DNA of 64,000 bases, taken from Stutzerimonas stutzeri. GTDB lineage: Bacteria; Pseudomonadota; Gammaproteobacteria; Pseudomonadales; Pseudomonadaceae. The stretch is taken from NCBI GenBank assembly GCA_002387205.1, contig DGLA01000001.1, positions 77,549-141,548 on the forward strand, read 5' to 3'. Under the pieces are notes generated by a model, which had not been told where the DNA came from, made no database searches, and saw only the letters and a list, made by a program, of their open reading frames with translations. The number at the start of each line of letters is the position of its first letter. The stretch's first letter is position 1. A program made the position numbers and the translations under genes. This document shows positions 31,455 through 43,219 of this stretch, one piece after another.

Positions 31455-31967
31455 CTAACCCTCGGCGCGGAAACTCACCCGCGCATCCACCAGACCGTCG
31501 CCCACCTGGGTGATGCTGACCTCGGCAAGACTGGCACCGGCTGCCTGCAGCTGGTCGAACCAGGTCAGCAACGTCGAATATGACGCACCAGGAAGGGTGA
31601 CCTGCAAGCTGCCATCGTTGCCATTGTCGAAGCTCTCGATGGCCAGGCCGCTCTGCTGGGCACTCTGAGTGACCAGCCCCTGCAGTTGCTCGGGTGCCAG
31701 AGAGACCGGATTGCTGCGCGACATCTGCCGCGCGAGCTCAGTGTTCTGCTCGAGATAGGCATGCAGCTCGCGCTCCTGCTGAAAGTACGCCTGCGCATCG
31801 CGCACACGCTGCTGTGCCGGCTGCCAGAGCAGCACATAGAACAGCACCACCAGCAGGAAGGCCCCCAGCAGGGTCAGCGACAGTCGTTCGCGCGGTTGCA
31901 GCCGCTGCCAGCGCAACCACAGCGGCGATTCGGCCAGGCGTACCCGCATCTGCTGTTTCAGGTTCAT
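31455..31967 (-). CDS. gspM: Type II secretion protein M (XcpZ)
   Basis: WQRLQPRER followed by a TM segment; last gene of the T2SS operon. Confidence 0.87.
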   Translation of the reverse strand: MNLKQQMRVRLAESPLWLRWQRLQPRERLSLTLLGAFLLVVLFYVLLWQPAQQRVRDAQAYFQQERELHAYLEQNTELARQMSRSNPVSLAPEQLQGLVTQSAQQSGLAIESFDNGNDGSLQVTLPGASYSTLLTWFDQLQAAGASLAEVSITQVGDGLVDARVSFRAEG

Positions 31968-33106
31968 CCCCTGCCTCCAATCACAACACGTGCGCTGACG
32001 GCGTCACCGTCGCGGCTGGCCGAGCCGAGCTGAACGCTCTCCCCCGTTTCACCCAGCCGCTGGCGCAACTGCTCGAGTACCGCGAAATCGCTGGCCCGCA
32101 CCTGCAGGGCCAGATCGCCCCGGGCCTGGTTGTAATCCAGTTGGCCGATCGACACCGGAATGCCTTCGCCCAGTGCCAGCGCCACCTCGTTCAGCAGCCG
32201 CATGAATTCTGCCGAGGCGCCGGCGCTCTGACCGATGTGTTCGTCGAACTGGGCGCGCAGGTTGACGATGCGGCGGTCCTCTGGAAACAGCTCGGTGTAC
32301 AGCGCGCGACTGGCTTCGGCATAGCGCTCTGCCTGGCTGTCCAGCGTCCAGGCCTGGACCAGGTTGAACACCAGCTGCACCGCCAGCACCAGGGCCAGCA
32401 CGATCATCACCGGCTTCCACCGGCCAAGGCCCGTCCCTGCGGCCTGTATGGCGAAGTCGCCCTGGGCCAGGTTCAACGCAGCGGCGCGCCCCGCGGCAAG
32501 AAAGCGATAGGGGCTCTCCACCTGCCCGTACTCATCCAGCGGGGATGGTCCCTCGGCCATGGTGCCATGGCCACGAAGAGGCCCAGGGCATTGCCCGGCC
32601 AGATGCGGCCATTGCGTGCTGTCGAAGGCCAGCCGGGCTTCCGGGCTGCCGCCAAGCAATGCACGCCCGTCAATGAACAGCAGCTGGGTTCCATCGCGCG
32701 GCAGCAGGTCGGCGTCGACGTGGATGGCGACGATGGTCAGGCCGCCGGCCCGCAAGTCGTCCAGCCATCCCGCGAGCAGCTGACGCCGGATGGCAATGAC
32801 CCGACGCCGCCCATCCTCCAGCGCATCGCCATGGGTCAGGTGCAGGTCATCGACGTTTTCAGCGAGCAGCTCTTCCACCGCATAGGCCAGCGCCTGGTTG
32901 ACCCAGCGCGCCTTGCGCGTCGGCAGGTTGACTGCGAACGAACTGCAGACCTCCGCCGGCAGAACCAGGGTGATGGCCGCTGGTGCTCGCTCGATAACGC
33001 TCGCCAGCGGCATCCAGCCCTCGTCGCCCTCGCCCGGCAGCCAGTAGACGCGGCTATCGCTGTCGATCCGGGCGCCGCAGTCAGCGGGCAGAAACAGGCA
33101 GTCCAT
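31964..33106 (-). CDS. gspL: Type II secretion protein L (XcpY)
   Basis: ALAYAVEELLAENVDDLH, LNLAQGDF. Confidence 0.88.
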   Translation of the reverse strand: MDCLFLPADCGARIDSDSRVYWLPGEGDEGWMPLASVIERAPAAITLVLPAEVCSSFAVNLPTRKARWVNQALAYAVEELLAENVDDLHLTHGDALEDGRRRVIAIRRQLLAGWLDDLRAGGLTIVAIHVDADLLPRDGTQLLFIDGRALLGGSPEARLAFDSTQWPHLAGQCPGPLRGHGTMAEGPSPLDEYGQVESPYRFLAAGRAAALNLAQGDFAIQAAGTGLGRWKPVMIVLALVLAVQLVFNLVQAWTLDSQAERYAEASRALYTELFPEDRRIVNLRAQFDEHIGQSAGASAEFMRLLNEVALALGEGIPVSIGQLDYNQARGDLALQVRASDFAVLEQLRQRLGETGESVQLGSASRDGDAVSARVVIGGRG

Positions 33107-33109
33107 CGG

Positions 33110-34093
33110 CTATCGATCTCCATCACTTGTTAATCGGGGCAGCCGTGGCGGCTGCCCCAGGTTGCGCTGCAGCACGCGGACTTCGCCGCTGTCTTCGCGC
33201 CGCAACTGGCTCACCAGGGCCAGGCGGCGGTCAGCCAGGCGCACCTCGCTGATGGCCTGGAAGAATTGACTGGTCACAGCAAGGTTGGTGCCCTGCAGTT
33301 GGACACCACCAAGCGCAGGTTGCGCCATGAAGCTGGCCGTGTCACGAAACGGAGCCGCCTGGCGCGCCTTGACCAGCGATTCGGCAGCGCTGGGGCTGAG
33401 GCTGTCGGCAAGGCTGGACAGCACAGTGACACTGGCCGTGTTGACGTTCAGCGGCGTATCGGCTGGCAAGGCGGCGACGTGGGGCGCCAGACGCTGAAAA
33501 TCCTCGTCGCGCATGCCAAGCAACAGGCGCAGCTCGGAGAGATCCTCCAGCCGTCTGCCCGCCGTGCGGTACGGCGGATCGAGTAGCAGATAGGCGTTGT
33601 CCTCCGCGCCCAGTTTACCGCTGGGTTGCTGATCGCTGTCCAGCCAGTCGACCAGGCGTTCCCCATAGGGCTCGGTGATCTGCAGGCGCAGCAGCAGGCG
33701 TCGGAACTGCGCCAGCGCCGCCGCGTTGGGCTGCTGTTGCTGCACCAGGCTGTTGAGATTGAAGCGCCCAGCCAGGTCCTCGATACGCACCTGCACCTGA
33801 CCCTGCCCTTCGTCGAGGTCGTAGGCCGGTTGCGGCAGCGCCCAGGGTTCGAGCAGGTGATCTACGGCCGGTTGCCCGGTGCCATTGCCCGAGGCCTGCA
33901 AATCGCCGCGCAGCATCGTCTGCGCAAGGGCTTCACCGCCCAGCGCGTAGTGCCAGGCCTGGCGCGCCTGCATCTGGTTGCCGGTGCCGCGAATCGACAG
34001 CTGCTGACGGGCGATCATCCCGGCGCAGACCACGGTAACGATCGCCACCACCAGCAAGACGGTAATCAGCGCGACGCCGCGCTGGGCTTTCAT
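33110..34093 (-). CDS. gspK: Type II secretion minor pseudopilin K (XcpX)
   Basis: QRGVALITVLL, GRFNLNSL, LNVNTA. Confidence 0.9.
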   Translation of the reverse strand: MKAQRGVALITVLLVVAIVTVVCAGMIARQQLSIRGTGNQMQARQAWHYALGGEALAQTMLRGDLQASGNGTGQPAVDHLLEPWALPQPAYDLDEGQGQVQVRIEDLAGRFNLNSLVQQQQPNAAALAQFRRLLLRLQITEPYGERLVDWLDSDQQPSGKLGAEDNAYLLLDPPYRTAGRRLEDLSELRLLLGMRDEDFQRLAPHVAALPADTPLNVNTASVTVLSSLADSLSPSAAESLVKARQAAPFRDTASFMAQPALGGVQLQGTNLAVTSQFFQAISEVRLADRRLALVSQLRREDSGEVRVLQRNLGQPPRLPRLTSDGDR

Positions 34094-34812
34094 TGCATCT
34101 CTCCCACGCCACCGGGCTCCGGCACGCCCTGCGAGTCCGGCTGGATGAACTCGGGCGCCGGCGTCGGCCCGTCCGGCAGCCGCAGCAGCCGGGTGATGGT
34201 GCCGTAGCGTTGATGGTCGAACGATACCTCGACGGCGATCGGCAAGCGGCGCGCCTGTTCATCCGGGTCACCGCGACCAAACTCGAACGGCGGCCACTCC
34301 TCGTGCCAGGTGTTTTCCGCATCCAGATATCGCAACCGCAGCGCAAGCACGTTGTCGAGCACCGGCTGCACCCGTGGCTCACTGTCGACGTCGCGATCGA
34401 GCACAACCCAGTAAAGGCGCTCCAGTCTGTCGCCGGCCAGGCGCCAGCGCACCCGTTGCAGGTTGGCCCGGCGCATCCCGGTGGGGTTGCGCCAACCGCT
34501 GCGGGTAAACTCCAGCGACACCCCATCCTCGGCACCGGACGACTGGCCGATAAAGGCGTTCTGTTCATCACCATAGCCGTCGCGCACCGGTCGCGGCACG
34601 GCCTGAACGAGGTCACGCTCAAGACTCCACATCGCGCGGCCCAGCTCACGCAGCTGGATTTCCTGGGCGCGCACCACCTCGTCACTGCGCATCACCGCTT
34701 CAAGCATGCGGTAGGTGGCAAGCCCCAAGAGCGCAAACAGCGCGATGGCGATCAGCAGCTCCAGCAGCGTGAAGCCGCCCATGACGCCCCGCCTGGCAGA
34801 CCGGTTGCTCAT
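34090..34812 (-). CDS. gspJ: Type II secretion minor pseudopilin J (XcpW)
   Basis: GFTLLELLIA prepilin motif; FTRSGWRNP. Confidence 0.9.
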   Translation of the reverse strand: MSNRSARRGVMGGFTLLELLIAIALFALLGLATYRMLEAVMRSDEVVRAQEIQLRELGRAMWSLERDLVQAVPRPVRDGYGDEQNAFIGQSSGAEDGVSLEFTRSGWRNPTGMRRANLQRVRWRLAGDRLERLYWVVLDRDVDSEPRVQPVLDNVLALRLRYLDAENTWHEEWPPFEFGRGDPDEQARRLPIAVEVSFDHQRYGTITRLLRLPDGPTPAPEFIQPDSQGVPEPGGVGEMQ

Positions 34813-35216
34813 GGGTCGACGCCAACAAAGCCGGTGAGGCTGGTGACCGCACGATCTTCAACGGAGCCGGCCCCTGAGCCGCGACGCCCTTCAGCCGCGG
34901 CCACCCAGACGCGGATACGCAGCAGGCCAGGCGTGCCGCTGGTTTGCACTTCGCTCAGGGTCTGCCATTGGCGCCCGCCGAACTCCAGCGCCAGGTCCTC
35001 TCGCCCAAGGCTCGGGGCCGGTTGTTGCAGCTGCAGTTCGGTCATGCGGTTGTCGGCGATCCAGCCGGCCAGCGTCAGGGCCTCCAGTCGTCCGGCGTTG
35101 CTTACGCTGCGCCCGACTGCAGTCAGTACGACGGCTGCGACGATAGCGAAGATGGCCAGCGCCACCAGCACCTCGAGCAGGGTAAAGCCGCCCGAACGCA
35201 GCGGGCGGCGGCTCAT
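34809..35216 (-). CDS. gspI: Type II secretion minor pseudopilin I (XcpV)
   Basis: GFTLLEVLVALAIFA; WIADN. Confidence 0.9.
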   Translation of the reverse strand: MSRRPLRSGGFTLLEVLVALAIFAIVAAVVLTAVGRSVSNAGRLEALTLAGWIADNRMTELQLQQPAPSLGREDLALEFGGRQWQTLSEVQTSGTPGLLRIRVWVAAAEGRRGSGAGSVEDRAVTSLTGFVGVDP

Positions 35217-35788
35217 CGACGGACTTCCACAGGCGCCGCGACAGGCATGCGAAAGCCATCGCTGGTCACCTTCCAGCGAGTGCCACCGGGGCGCTGGTCG
35301 GACAGAGTCAGGGTAAAGGGAGACAGTTCGCCGCTGGACAGGACCAGCAGCTGTGGCTGGACCCTTGGCGCACGTCGGCGCTCACGGTCTCTGTCATCGG
35401 AAAGCCCGGCCGGGTCGTCCTCCCCTTTGACCGGGGCGACCAGCTTCAGCGGTGTGCCGTCGAGCTCCAGCTCCAGACGCATCCACTCCGGAGGGTGATG
35501 AGCCTTGCTGTCACCTGCGTCGCGCCAGCGTGCATCGGCCTCGTCATAATGCATCACCCGGTAGCCATCCTGCCTGATAAGAAGGCCATATTCGCGGCTG
35601 TCGAGCACGGCCTCATCGGCCATCAGGCTGATCAGGGTTGCCAGGCGTTGCGCTTCATCGCGGATTTCCCGGGATGAACTGGAACTGCCCATCGAAAACA
35701 CCACCAGGCCCACCAGGCTGCCGAGAATGACGATCACCACCATCAGCTCGATCAGCGTGAAGCCGCTCTCCTGGCGCGACCTAGGCAT
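35213..35788 (-). CDS. gspH: Type II secretion minor pseudopilin H (XcpU)
   Basis: GFTLIELMVV; SSGELSPF. Confidence 0.9.
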   Translation of the reverse strand: MPRSRQESGFTLIELMVVIVILGSLVGLVVFSMGSSSSSREIRDEAQRLATLISLMADEAVLDSREYGLLIRQDGYRVMHYDEADARWRDAGDSKAHHPPEWMRLELELDGTPLKLVAPVKGEDDPAGLSDDRDRERRRAPRVQPQLLVLSSGELSPFTLTLSDQRPGGTRWKVTSDGFRMPVAAPVEVRR

Positions 35789-35791
35789 GGA

Positions 35792-36232
35792 TCAGAGGTC
35801 CCAGTTACCGATGTCCGCGTTCAGGTCAGAACCGCCCTGCTTGCCGTCCGCCCCATAGGAATACAGGTCGTACTGGCCCTCGGTGCCCGGCGAGAGGTAC
35901 TGGTATTCGTTGCCCCATGGATCTTTCGGCACGCGCTTGAGATAACCGTCGCGGTTCCAGTTTTTCGGCTGGGGATTGCCGCCGGGCTTCTCCACCAGCG
36001 CATCCAGCCCCTGCTGGGTGCTGGGGTAGGAATAGTTGTCCAGCTTGTACATGTCCAGCGCCGCGCCGATGGCCTTGATGTCGCCCTTGGCCACGGTGAC
36101 CTTGGCCTGATCCGGGCGGTTCATCACCTGCGGCACTACCAGCGCGGCGAGGATCCCGAGAATCACCACCACCACCATGATTTCGATGAGGGTGAAGCCC
36201 CTCTGCTTGTATCGCTTCAACGTCATGCTCAC
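35792..36232 (-). CDS. gspG: Type II secretion major pseudopilin G (XcpT)
   Basis: [30 protein letters not shown]. Start may be 36226. Confidence 0.95.
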   Translation of the reverse strand: MSMTLKRYKQRGFTLIEIMVVVVILGILAALVVPQVMNRPDQAKVTVAKGDIKAIGAALDMYKLDNYSYPSTQQGLDALVEKPGGNPQPKNWNRDGYLKRVPKDPWGNEYQYLSPGTEGQYDLYSYGADGKQGGSDLNADIGNWDL

Positions 36233-37446
36233 TAGCCCACCAGTTGATTGAGAGAAAGAATCGGCAGCAGGATCGCCAACACGATCACCAATACCACAGC
36301 CCCCATGAACACCAGCATGAAGGGTTCGAATAGTCCCACCATCAGCGAGATCTGCGCGGCCAGGTCGTTTTCCTGGTTGCGCGCGGTGCGGGCAAGCATC
36401 TGGTCCAGCTCGCCGGATTTCTCGCCGCTGGCGATCATGTGCAGCATCATCGGCGGGAACTCGCCCGTCGCATCCAGCGCACGAGTCAGGCTGCCACCCT
36501 CGCGCACCCGCTGCGCCGCCTCGATGACCTTGTCGCGGATGCGCAGATTGGCAATCACCGCAGCGGCAATCCCCAGCGCATCCACCAGTGGCACGCCACT
36601 ACGCGTGAGGATAGCCAGGGTCGAGGCGAAGCGCGCCGTATTGGTCGCCCGTGACAGCCGCCCCACGAGTGGAATGCGCAGGATCAGCGCATGCCAGCGC
36701 CGTCGCAGGTTCTCGTCGCGCAGCGCCTGGCGCAGGCCCAGGCCGGTCACCACGATCACCACCAGCATCAGCCAGCCCCAGCGCTGCACCGCCTCGCTCA
36801 CCGCGATCAGCCCGGTTGTCAGCGCCGGCAGTTGCTGGCCGGTATTGACGAACACCTTCACCACGTCCGGCACCACATAGCCGAGCAACAGGATGACGAT
36901 CGCTAGCGAGGCCACCAGCAGGATCACCGGGTATAGCAGCGCCAGCTGGATCTTCTGCCGCGACTGCTGGCGCTGGTCGGTGTAGTCGGCCAACTGGTCG
37001 AGGACCAGCCCGAGATGCCCGGCGTGTTCGCCTGCCGCAACCGTGGCGCGATAGAGCTCCGGAAAGGCCGACGGATATTCACGCAGCGACCCCGCCAGGC
37101 TATGTCCTTCCATCACCCGGGCGCGCACCGCCAGCAGCATCGATTTGATCTTTTGCGACGAACTCTGGGCCGCCGCCGCTCGCAGGGCTTCCTCGATGGG
37201 CAGCGCGGCCTGCACCAGGGTCGCCAGGTGGCGGGTGACCAGTGCCAGATCACGTGCCGACAACCCTCGACCAAAGGCAAAGCCGCTACCGCCGGTGTCT
37301 TCCTTCGCCTTGGCCTGCTTGACCTCCAGGGGCGACCACTGCTTTTCGCGCAGCAGCTGCCGCGCCTGCCGTGGGCTGTCGGCCTCGATCAGGCCCTTCT
37401 GCTCGCGGCCCCGAGGGTCAAGCGCGACGTATTCGAAGGCCGCCAT
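36232..37446 (-). CDS. gspF: Type II secretion inner membrane platform protein F (XcpS)
   Basis: [10 protein letters not shown], two GspF domains ([14 protein letters not shown]). Confidence 0.93.
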   Translation of the reverse strand: MAAFEYVALDPRGREQKGLIEADSPRQARQLLREKQWSPLEVKQAKAKEDTGGSGFAFGRGLSARDLALVTRHLATLVQAALPIEEALRAAAAQSSSQKIKSMLLAVRARVMEGHSLAGSLREYPSAFPELYRATVAAGEHAGHLGLVLDQLADYTDQRQQSRQKIQLALLYPVILLVASLAIVILLLGYVVPDVVKVFVNTGQQLPALTTGLIAVSEAVQRWGWLMLVVIVVTGLGLRQALRDENLRRRWHALILRIPLVGRLSRATNTARFASTLAILTRSGVPLVDALGIAAAVIANLRIRDKVIEAAQRVREGGSLTRALDATGEFPPMMLHMIASGEKSGELDQMLARTARNQENDLAAQISLMVGLFEPFMLVFMGAVVLVIVLAILLPILSLNQLVG

Positions 37447-37653
37447 CAGCGTCGCGCCCCCCGCGAGCAAACGCCGCAGCGACCTAGGGCGGGTTCTAAC
37501 CCGCCGCGCGAACCACAGGGCAACGTCTCATCAACAAAACCTGGTGAACCCTTGGTTTCCTGCAGGCCTTTCGCACCGACGGCTACGCTTTCAGGCCGAG
37601 CAAGGCGCCTGGCGGGACGCCTTGCCGATTCGGCCCGACCCCCGACATTCAGC

Positions 37654-39165
37654 TCATTCCTCACGCGTCACCCGCAGCACTTCCTCGATGGTCGTCACAC
37701 CCTCACGCACCTTGCGCAGGCCATCCTCACGAATGCTCGGCCCCAGCCGGCGGGCATGACGAACCATGTCCTGCTCGGCCGCACGGGTGTGGATCATGCT
37801 GCGCAGGGTGTCGTCGAACATCACCAGCTCATAGATACCGGTCCGCCCGCGATAGCCCAGCTGCCGACAGACATCACAACCTTCGGCGTGGTACAGCGTC
37901 GGTGCCTCGCTGGGATCGAGGCCGAACAGCGCGCATTCGGCTTCGTCGGCCACATAGGGACGTTTGCAGTCATTACACAGTACGCGGACCAGGCGCTGGG
38001 CCAGCACGCCCAGTAGCGAGGATGAGATCAGAAAGGGCTCGACGCCCATGTCCACCAGGCGGGTCACCGCACCGATGGCGCTGTTGGTGTGCAGCGTCGA
38101 GAGCACCAGGTGGCCGGTCAGCGAGGCCTGCACCGCCATATCGGCGGTTTCCTGGTCGCGGATTTCCCCCACCATCACCACGTCCGGGTCCTGGCGCAGG
38201 ATGGCGCGAAGGCCGCGTGCGAAGGTCATGTCGACCTTGGTGTTGACCTGGGTCTGGCCGATGCCCTCGAGGTTGTATTCGATCGGATCCTCGACGGTGA
38301 GGATATTGCGCGAGCGGTCATTGAGCGTCACCAGGCTGGCGTACAGGGTGGTGGTCTTGCCCGAGCCGGTCGGGCCGGTGACGAGAATGATCCCGTGGGG
38401 CTTCTGGACTGCCTGTTCCATCACCTTGCGGTCGCGATCGCTCATGCCCAGGTGGCGCAGGGTCAGGCGCCCGGCCTGCTTGTCGAGCAGACGCAGAACC
38501 ACACGCTCGCCGTTGGCAGACGGCAGCGTCGATACACGAATATCCACCTCGCGACCGCCGACCCGCAGTGAAATCCGTCCATCCTGCGGAATACGCTTCT
38601 CGGCGATATCGAGCCGAGCCATGACCTTGATCCGCGACACCAGCAGCGCCGCCAGCTCGCGCTTGGGCTGCACCACCTCGCGCAGGATGCCGTCGATGCG
38701 AAAGCGGATCACCAGGCGCTTCTCGAAGGTCTCGACGTGGATGTCCGAGGCGTTTTCCTTGATCGCCTCGCCAAGAATGGCATTGATCAGGCGGATGATC
38801 GGCGCGTCGTCCTCCTGCTCCAGCAGGTCCTCGGTTTCCTGGATCTGGTCGGCCAGGCTGTGCAGGTCCATGTCCTCGCCGAGGCCTTCGACCATCTGCA
38901 TCGCCGCGGATGAATCGTGCTGATAGGCCGAGCTCAGGGCCTGCTCGAATTCGTCCTGAGCCAGCCACTGCATGGCCAGTGGCCCTCCGGCGACGCGCTG
39001 TGCCTCCTGCAGCGCGGTCAGTGGCGCACCTTCGCGTGCGCACAGCCGCATTCCTTCCGGACGCTCCTGCAGGAGCACCCCATGACGGCGGGCAAAGGCG
39101 AAGGGCAACCGCCGCGGCAGCGGTTCCTCCATCAGGGTCATCTCGTTCAAGTCTAGTTCGGCCAT
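37654..39165 (-). CDS. gspE: Type II secretion ATPase E (XcpR)
   Basis: [23 protein letters not shown], Cys metal-binding motif. Confidence 0.95.
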   Translation of the reverse strand: MAELDLNEMTLMEEPLPRRLPFAFARRHGVLLQERPEGMRLCAREGAPLTALQEAQRVAGGPLAMQWLAQDEFEQALSSAYQHDSSAAMQMVEGLGEDMDLHSLADQIQETEDLLEQEDDAPIIRLINAILGEAIKENASDIHVETFEKRLVIRFRIDGILREVVQPKRELAALLVSRIKVMARLDIAEKRIPQDGRISLRVGGREVDIRVSTLPSANGERVVLRLLDKQAGRLTLRHLGMSDRDRKVMEQAVQKPHGIILVTGPTGSGKTTTLYASLVTLNDRSRNILTVEDPIEYNLEGIGQTQVNTKVDMTFARGLRAILRQDPDVVMVGEIRDQETADMAVQASLTGHLVLSTLHTNSAIGAVTRLVDMGVEPFLISSSLLGVLAQRLVRVLCNDCKRPYVADEAECALFGLDPSEAPTLYHAEGCDVCRQLGYRGRTGIYELVMFDDTLRSMIHTRAAEQDMVRHARRLGPSIREDGLRKVREGVTTIEEVLRVTREE

Positions 39166-39667
39166 GCCAGCTATTTTCGCGCAGTGGGTGCAATTGATGT
39201 TGGCCGGCGGTCCGATGCCCGCAGCCGACAGCTATGGACTACAGGGAATGCATGACATTGCAAACCTCTGCCGGGTTTTCTTTCGTGGTGCGGCGCGCCG
39301 ACCGGCACCAAGGTCGCATACAGACAAGCCCGCCGGTGAATACACCGTCTATGGTCCGTCATTCATGATTACCCCGCGCCTATTGCGGTATGGAACCTTA
39401 GACAAAGGTCGAAGCCAATATCCGCGCCGCATACAGCGATGCGAGCACATGGACGAGTCATAAAACGAACGAAACGGCGCGCCATCGTTCTGATTAAAAC
39501 GGTTGTTTGATTTTTTCAGGCCTTGCAGAATGCCGCGCCACAGCGAGCTCGACCAGCAGTGCGGAGCCCGTAGCCGATCCACACCCGACCGCCAACCGTA
39601 GTGGCCGGGCGGAAAGTAACGCCAGCGAAAATACCGCTGGTTACGATCAAGCAGGAGAACAAGAACA

Positions 39668-40789
39668 ATGCACATTGGTGTTCCTCTCGAAACCAGGCCC
39701 GGTGAAACGCGCGTTGCCGCGACACCGGAAACCATCAAGAAGCTGATCGGGCAAGGGCATCGGGTGACGGTGCAGAGCGGAGCTGGCGTACAGGCCAGTA
39801 TTCCGGACAGTGCCTTCGAGGCGGCAGGCGCCACCATCGCCGATGCCGCTGCGGCGTTCGCAGCAGAGATCCTGCTGAAGGTGAACGCACCGAGCGAGAC
39901 CGAACTGGTGCAGATCGCGCCCGGTACGGTTCTGATCGGCATGCTCAATCCCTTCGACAATGACAACATCGCACGCATGGCCGAACGCGGCATCACCGCC
40001 TTCGCCCTGGAAGCCGCGCCGCGCACCTCGCGCGCGCAGAGCCTCGACGTGCTTTCCTCCCAAGCCAACATCGCCGGCTACAAGGCAGTCATGGTCGCCG
40101 CCAACCAGTATCCGCGCTTCATGCCGATGCTGATGACCGCTGCCGGTACGGTGAAGGCCGCACGGGTACTGATCCTCGGTGCCGGTGTTGCGGGTCTGCA
40201 GGCCATCGCCACGGCCAAGCGTCTGGGCGCGGTCATCGAAGCCTCGGACGTGCGTCCGGCAGTGAAGGAGCAGATCGAATCGCTCGGCGCCAAGTTCGTC
40301 GACGTGCCGTTCGAGACCGACGAAGAGCGTGAATGCGCCGAAGGCGTCGGCGGCTATGCCCGGCCGATGCCGGCGTCCTGGATGGCGCGCCAGGCGCAGG
40401 CCGTGTACGAACGTGCCAAGCAGGCCGACATCATCATCACCACCGCGCTGATTCCGGGCCGCAAGGCACCGACGCTGCTGCAGGAAGAGACCGTGCAGCA
40501 GATGAAGCCCGGCTCGGTGGTAATCGACCTCGCCGCCTCACAGGGCGGTAACTGTCCATTGACCGAAGCCGATCAGGTGGTGGTCAAGCACGGCGTAACC
40601 TTGGTTGGCTACACCAACCTGGCGACCCTCGTGCCGGCGGATGCCTCGGCGCTCTACGCGCGCAACCTGCTGGATTTCCTCAAGCTGGTGATCGATGGCG
40701 AAGCCAAATTCCACCTCAATCTCGAAGACGACATCGTCGCCGCGTGCCTGATGTGCCGCGACGGCCAAGTTGTACGCACCAACGGTTAA
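39668..40789 (+). CDS. pntAA: NAD(P) transhydrogenase subunit alpha, part 1
   Basis: [23 protein letters not shown]. Confidence 0.95.
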   Translation: MHIGVPLETRPGETRVAATPETIKKLIGQGHRVTVQSGAGVQASIPDSAFEAAGATIADAAAAFAAEILLKVNAPSETELVQIAPGTVLIGMLNPFDNDNIARMAERGITAFALEAAPRTSRAQSLDVLSSQANIAGYKAVMVAANQYPRFMPMLMTAAGTVKAARVLILGAGVAGLQAIATAKRLGAVIEASDVRPAVKEQIESLGAKFVDVPFETDEERECAEGVGGYARPMPASWMARQAQAVYERAKQADIIITTALIPGRKAPTLLQEETVQQMKPGSVVIDLAASQGGNCPLTEADQVVVKHGVTLVGYTNLATLVPADASALYARNLLDFLKLVIDGEAKFHLNLEDDIVAACLMCRDGQVVRTNG

Positions 40790-40803
40790 GAGAGCCCGAA
40801 AGA

Positions 40804-41124
40804 ATGGACCTGATATCTGATGGCATCTACAACCTGATCATCTTCGTGCTGGCGATCTACGTCGGTTACCACGTGGTCTGGAACGTCACCCCCGCGCTGC
40901 ACACCCCGCTGATGGCGGTCACCAACGCCATCTCGGCGATCGTCATCGTCGGCGCCATGCTGGCCGCCGCGCTGACCGTCACCCCGATGGGCAAGCTGAT
41001 GGGCACCCTGGCGGTCACGCTGGCCGCGGTCAACGTGTTCGGCGGCTTTCTGGTCACCCGCCGCATGCTGGAAATGTTCAAGAAAAAGGAGCGCGCAGGC
41101 GCTAAGGCGGAGTCCAAGCCATGA
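40804..41124 (+). CDS. pntAB: NAD(P) transhydrogenase subunit alpha, part 2
   Basis: [30 protein letters not shown]. Confidence 0.93.
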   Translation: MDLISDGIYNLIIFVLAIYVGYHVVWNVTPALHTPLMAVTNAISAIVIVGAMLAAALTVTPMGKLMGTLAVTLAAVNVFGGFLVTRRMLEMFKKKERAGAKAESKP

Positions 41125-42572
41125 GCATGAACCTCATCACCCTGCTCTACCTCATCGCTTCGGTGAGCTTCATCCAGGCATTGAAAGGCCTGTCGCACCC
41201 CACGACCTCACGCCGCGGCAACCTGTTCGGCATGATCGGCATGGGCATCGCCGTGGTCACCACGGTATTTCTGGTGTTCAAACTCGGCGACCAGTTGGTG
41301 GAGAGCGCCAACCCCTGGGGCGGCCTTGGCTTCATCGTCCTCGGTCTGCTGATCGGCGGCTCCATCGGCACGCTGATGGCCAAGCGCGTCGAAATGACCA
41401 AGATGCCGGAACTCGTCGCCTTCATGCACAGCATGATCGGTCTTGCGGCAGTGTTCATCGCCATCGCCGCGGTGCTCGAACCGCAGTCGCTGGGCATCGT
41501 CCAGGCCATCGGCTACCCGATTCCGGCCGGTAACCGCCTGGAGCTGTTCCTCGGCGCGGCCATCGGTGCCATCACCTTCTCCGGTTCGGTCATCGCCTTC
41601 GGCAAGCTGTCGGGCAAGTACAAGTTCCGCCTGTTCCAGGGCGCGCCGGTGTCCTTCCCCAACCAGCACAAGATCAACCTCGCCGTCGGCGTGGCGATCC
41701 TGGTGCTGGGCCTGATCTACACCTTCAGCGGCAACTTCACCGCGTTCATGATCCTCGTGGCGCTGGCCTTCGTCATCGGCGTGCTGATCATCATCCCCAT
41801 CGGCGGCGCCGACATGCCGGTGGTGGTGTCGATGCTCAACAGCTACTCGGGCTGGGCGGCCGCTGGTATCGGCTTCTCGCTGAACAACTCGATGCTGATC
41901 ATCGCCGGTTCGCTGGTGGGTTCGAGCGGCGCGATCCTTTCCTACATCATGTGCAAGGCGATGAACCGTTCGTTCTTCAACGTCATCCTCGGCGGCTTCG
42001 GTGGCGACGCCGATGCCGGCCCGGCGGCCGGCAGCAAGGAGCAGCGTCCGGTCAAGTCCGGCTCCAGCGATGACGCCGCCTTCCTGCTGTCGAACGCCGA
42101 CACCGTGATCATCGTTCCCGGCTATGGCCTGGCGGTGGCCCGCGCGCAGCATGCGCTGATGGAGCTGGCCGAGAAGCTGACCCACATGGGCGTGACCGTG
42201 AAATACGCGATCCACCCGGTCGCCGGCCGTATGCCCGGCCACATGAACGTGTTGCTGGCCGAGGCCGAAGTACCGTACGAGATGGTCTTCGAGATGGAGG
42301 ACATCAACTCCGAGTTCGGTCAGGCCGACGTGGTGCTGGTGCTCGGCGCCAACGACGTGGTCAACCCGGCGGCGAAGAACGATCCGAAGTCGCCCATCGC
42401 CGGCATGCCCATCCTCGAGGCGTACAAGGCCAAGACGGTCATCGTCAACAAGCGCTCCATGGCCAGCGGTTATGCCGGTCTGGACAACGAGCTGTTCTAC
42501 ATGGACAAGACCATGATGGTCTTCGGCGATGCCAAGAAGGTGGTTGAGGACATGGTCAAGGCTGTGGAATAA
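41121..42572 (+). CDS. pntB: NAD(P) transhydrogenase subunit beta
   Basis: [30 protein letters not shown]. Confidence 0.96.
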   Translation: MSMNLITLLYLIASVSFIQALKGLSHPTTSRRGNLFGMIGMGIAVVTTVFLVFKLGDQLVESANPWGGLGFIVLGLLIGGSIGTLMAKRVEMTKMPELVAFMHSMIGLAAVFIAIAAVLEPQSLGIVQAIGYPIPAGNRLELFLGAAIGAITFSGSVIAFGKLSGKYKFRLFQGAPVSFPNQHKINLAVGVAILVLGLIYTFSGNFTAFMILVALAFVIGVLIIIPIGGADMPVVVSMLNSYSGWAAAGIGFSLNNSMLIIAGSLVGSSGAILSYIMCKAMNRSFFNVILGGFGGDADAGPAAGSKEQRPVKSGSSDDAAFLLSNADTVIIVPGYGLAVARAQHALMELAEKLTHMGVTVKYAIHPVAGRMPGHMNVLLAEAEVPYEMVFEMEDINSEFGQADVVLVLGANDVVNPAAKNDPKSPIAGMPILEAYKAKTVIVNKRSMASGYAGLDNELFYMDKTMMVFGDAKKVVEDMVKAVE

Positions 42573-42589
42573 GCGATACCGCAATACCG

Positions 42590-42628
42590 AAACCCCTCCC
42601 GGCCCGGCCGCGAGGGGTTTTGTTTTTT
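42590..42628 (+). terminator. Intrinsic terminator after pntB
   Basis: AAACCCCTC...GAGGGGTTT followed by a T-tract. Confidence 0.7.
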
Positions 42629-42634
42629 GCCGAA

Positions 42635-43219
42635 TCAGAGGCCGAACACCGCGGCCAGATGCGCCTCGTAGCGCTTTATGTCCGCCTCGATGGCAGGCTG
42701 CTTCATGACATCGACACAGAGAAACGTTGGCAGACCTGTCAAGCCAAGGAACTCGTTGGCTTTGTGGAAGGGGAAATAGACGGCATCGACGCCCTTGCCT
42801 TCGAAGAAATCGGTCGGATCGTCGAAAGCCTGCTGCGGTGCATTCCAGGTCGCCGAGATCATGTACTGCTTGCCCTGTAGCAACCCGCCGCTGCCGTACT
42901 TCTGCGAGGCATCGGAGCGTGTCCGGCCATCGTTGGCGTAGAGGCTGCCATGGCCCTCGGTGAAGACTTCGTCGAGGTATTTCTTCACGGTCCAGGGCGC
43001 GCCCATCCACCAACCGGGCATCTGATAGATGATCACATCAGCCCAGAGGTACTTGGCTACCTCTTCAGCCAGGTCGTAGCCAGCATCGATCTGCGTTTGC
43101 CTGACGTCGAACCCGGCGCGGTCGAGAAAGCCCAGTGCAGTCTCGTGCATGGTTGTGTTGTAGCGGCCATCGGAGTGGGCAAATTGCTTAGCGCCATTAA
43201 GCAGGAGAATGTTCTTCAT
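42635..43219 (-). CDS. mdaB: NADPH:quinone reductase MdaB (flavodoxin-like)
   Basis: QMPGWWMGAPW, DGRTRSD, YGSGG, TWNAP. Confidence 0.9.
   Translation of the reverse strand: MKNILLLNGAKQFAHSDGRYNTTMHETALGFLDRAGFDVRQTQIDAGYDLAEEVAKYLWADVIIYQMPGWWMGAPWTVKKYLDEVFTEGHGSLYANDGRTRSDASQKYGSGGLLQGKQYMISATWNAPQQAFDDPTDFFEGKGVDAVYFPFHKANEFLGLTGLPTFLCVDVMKQPAIEADIKRYEAHLAAVFGL

Noticed and set aside
39668..41124. pntA split into two ORFs
   Set aside because: pntAA/pntAB is the normal organisation in pseudomonads.
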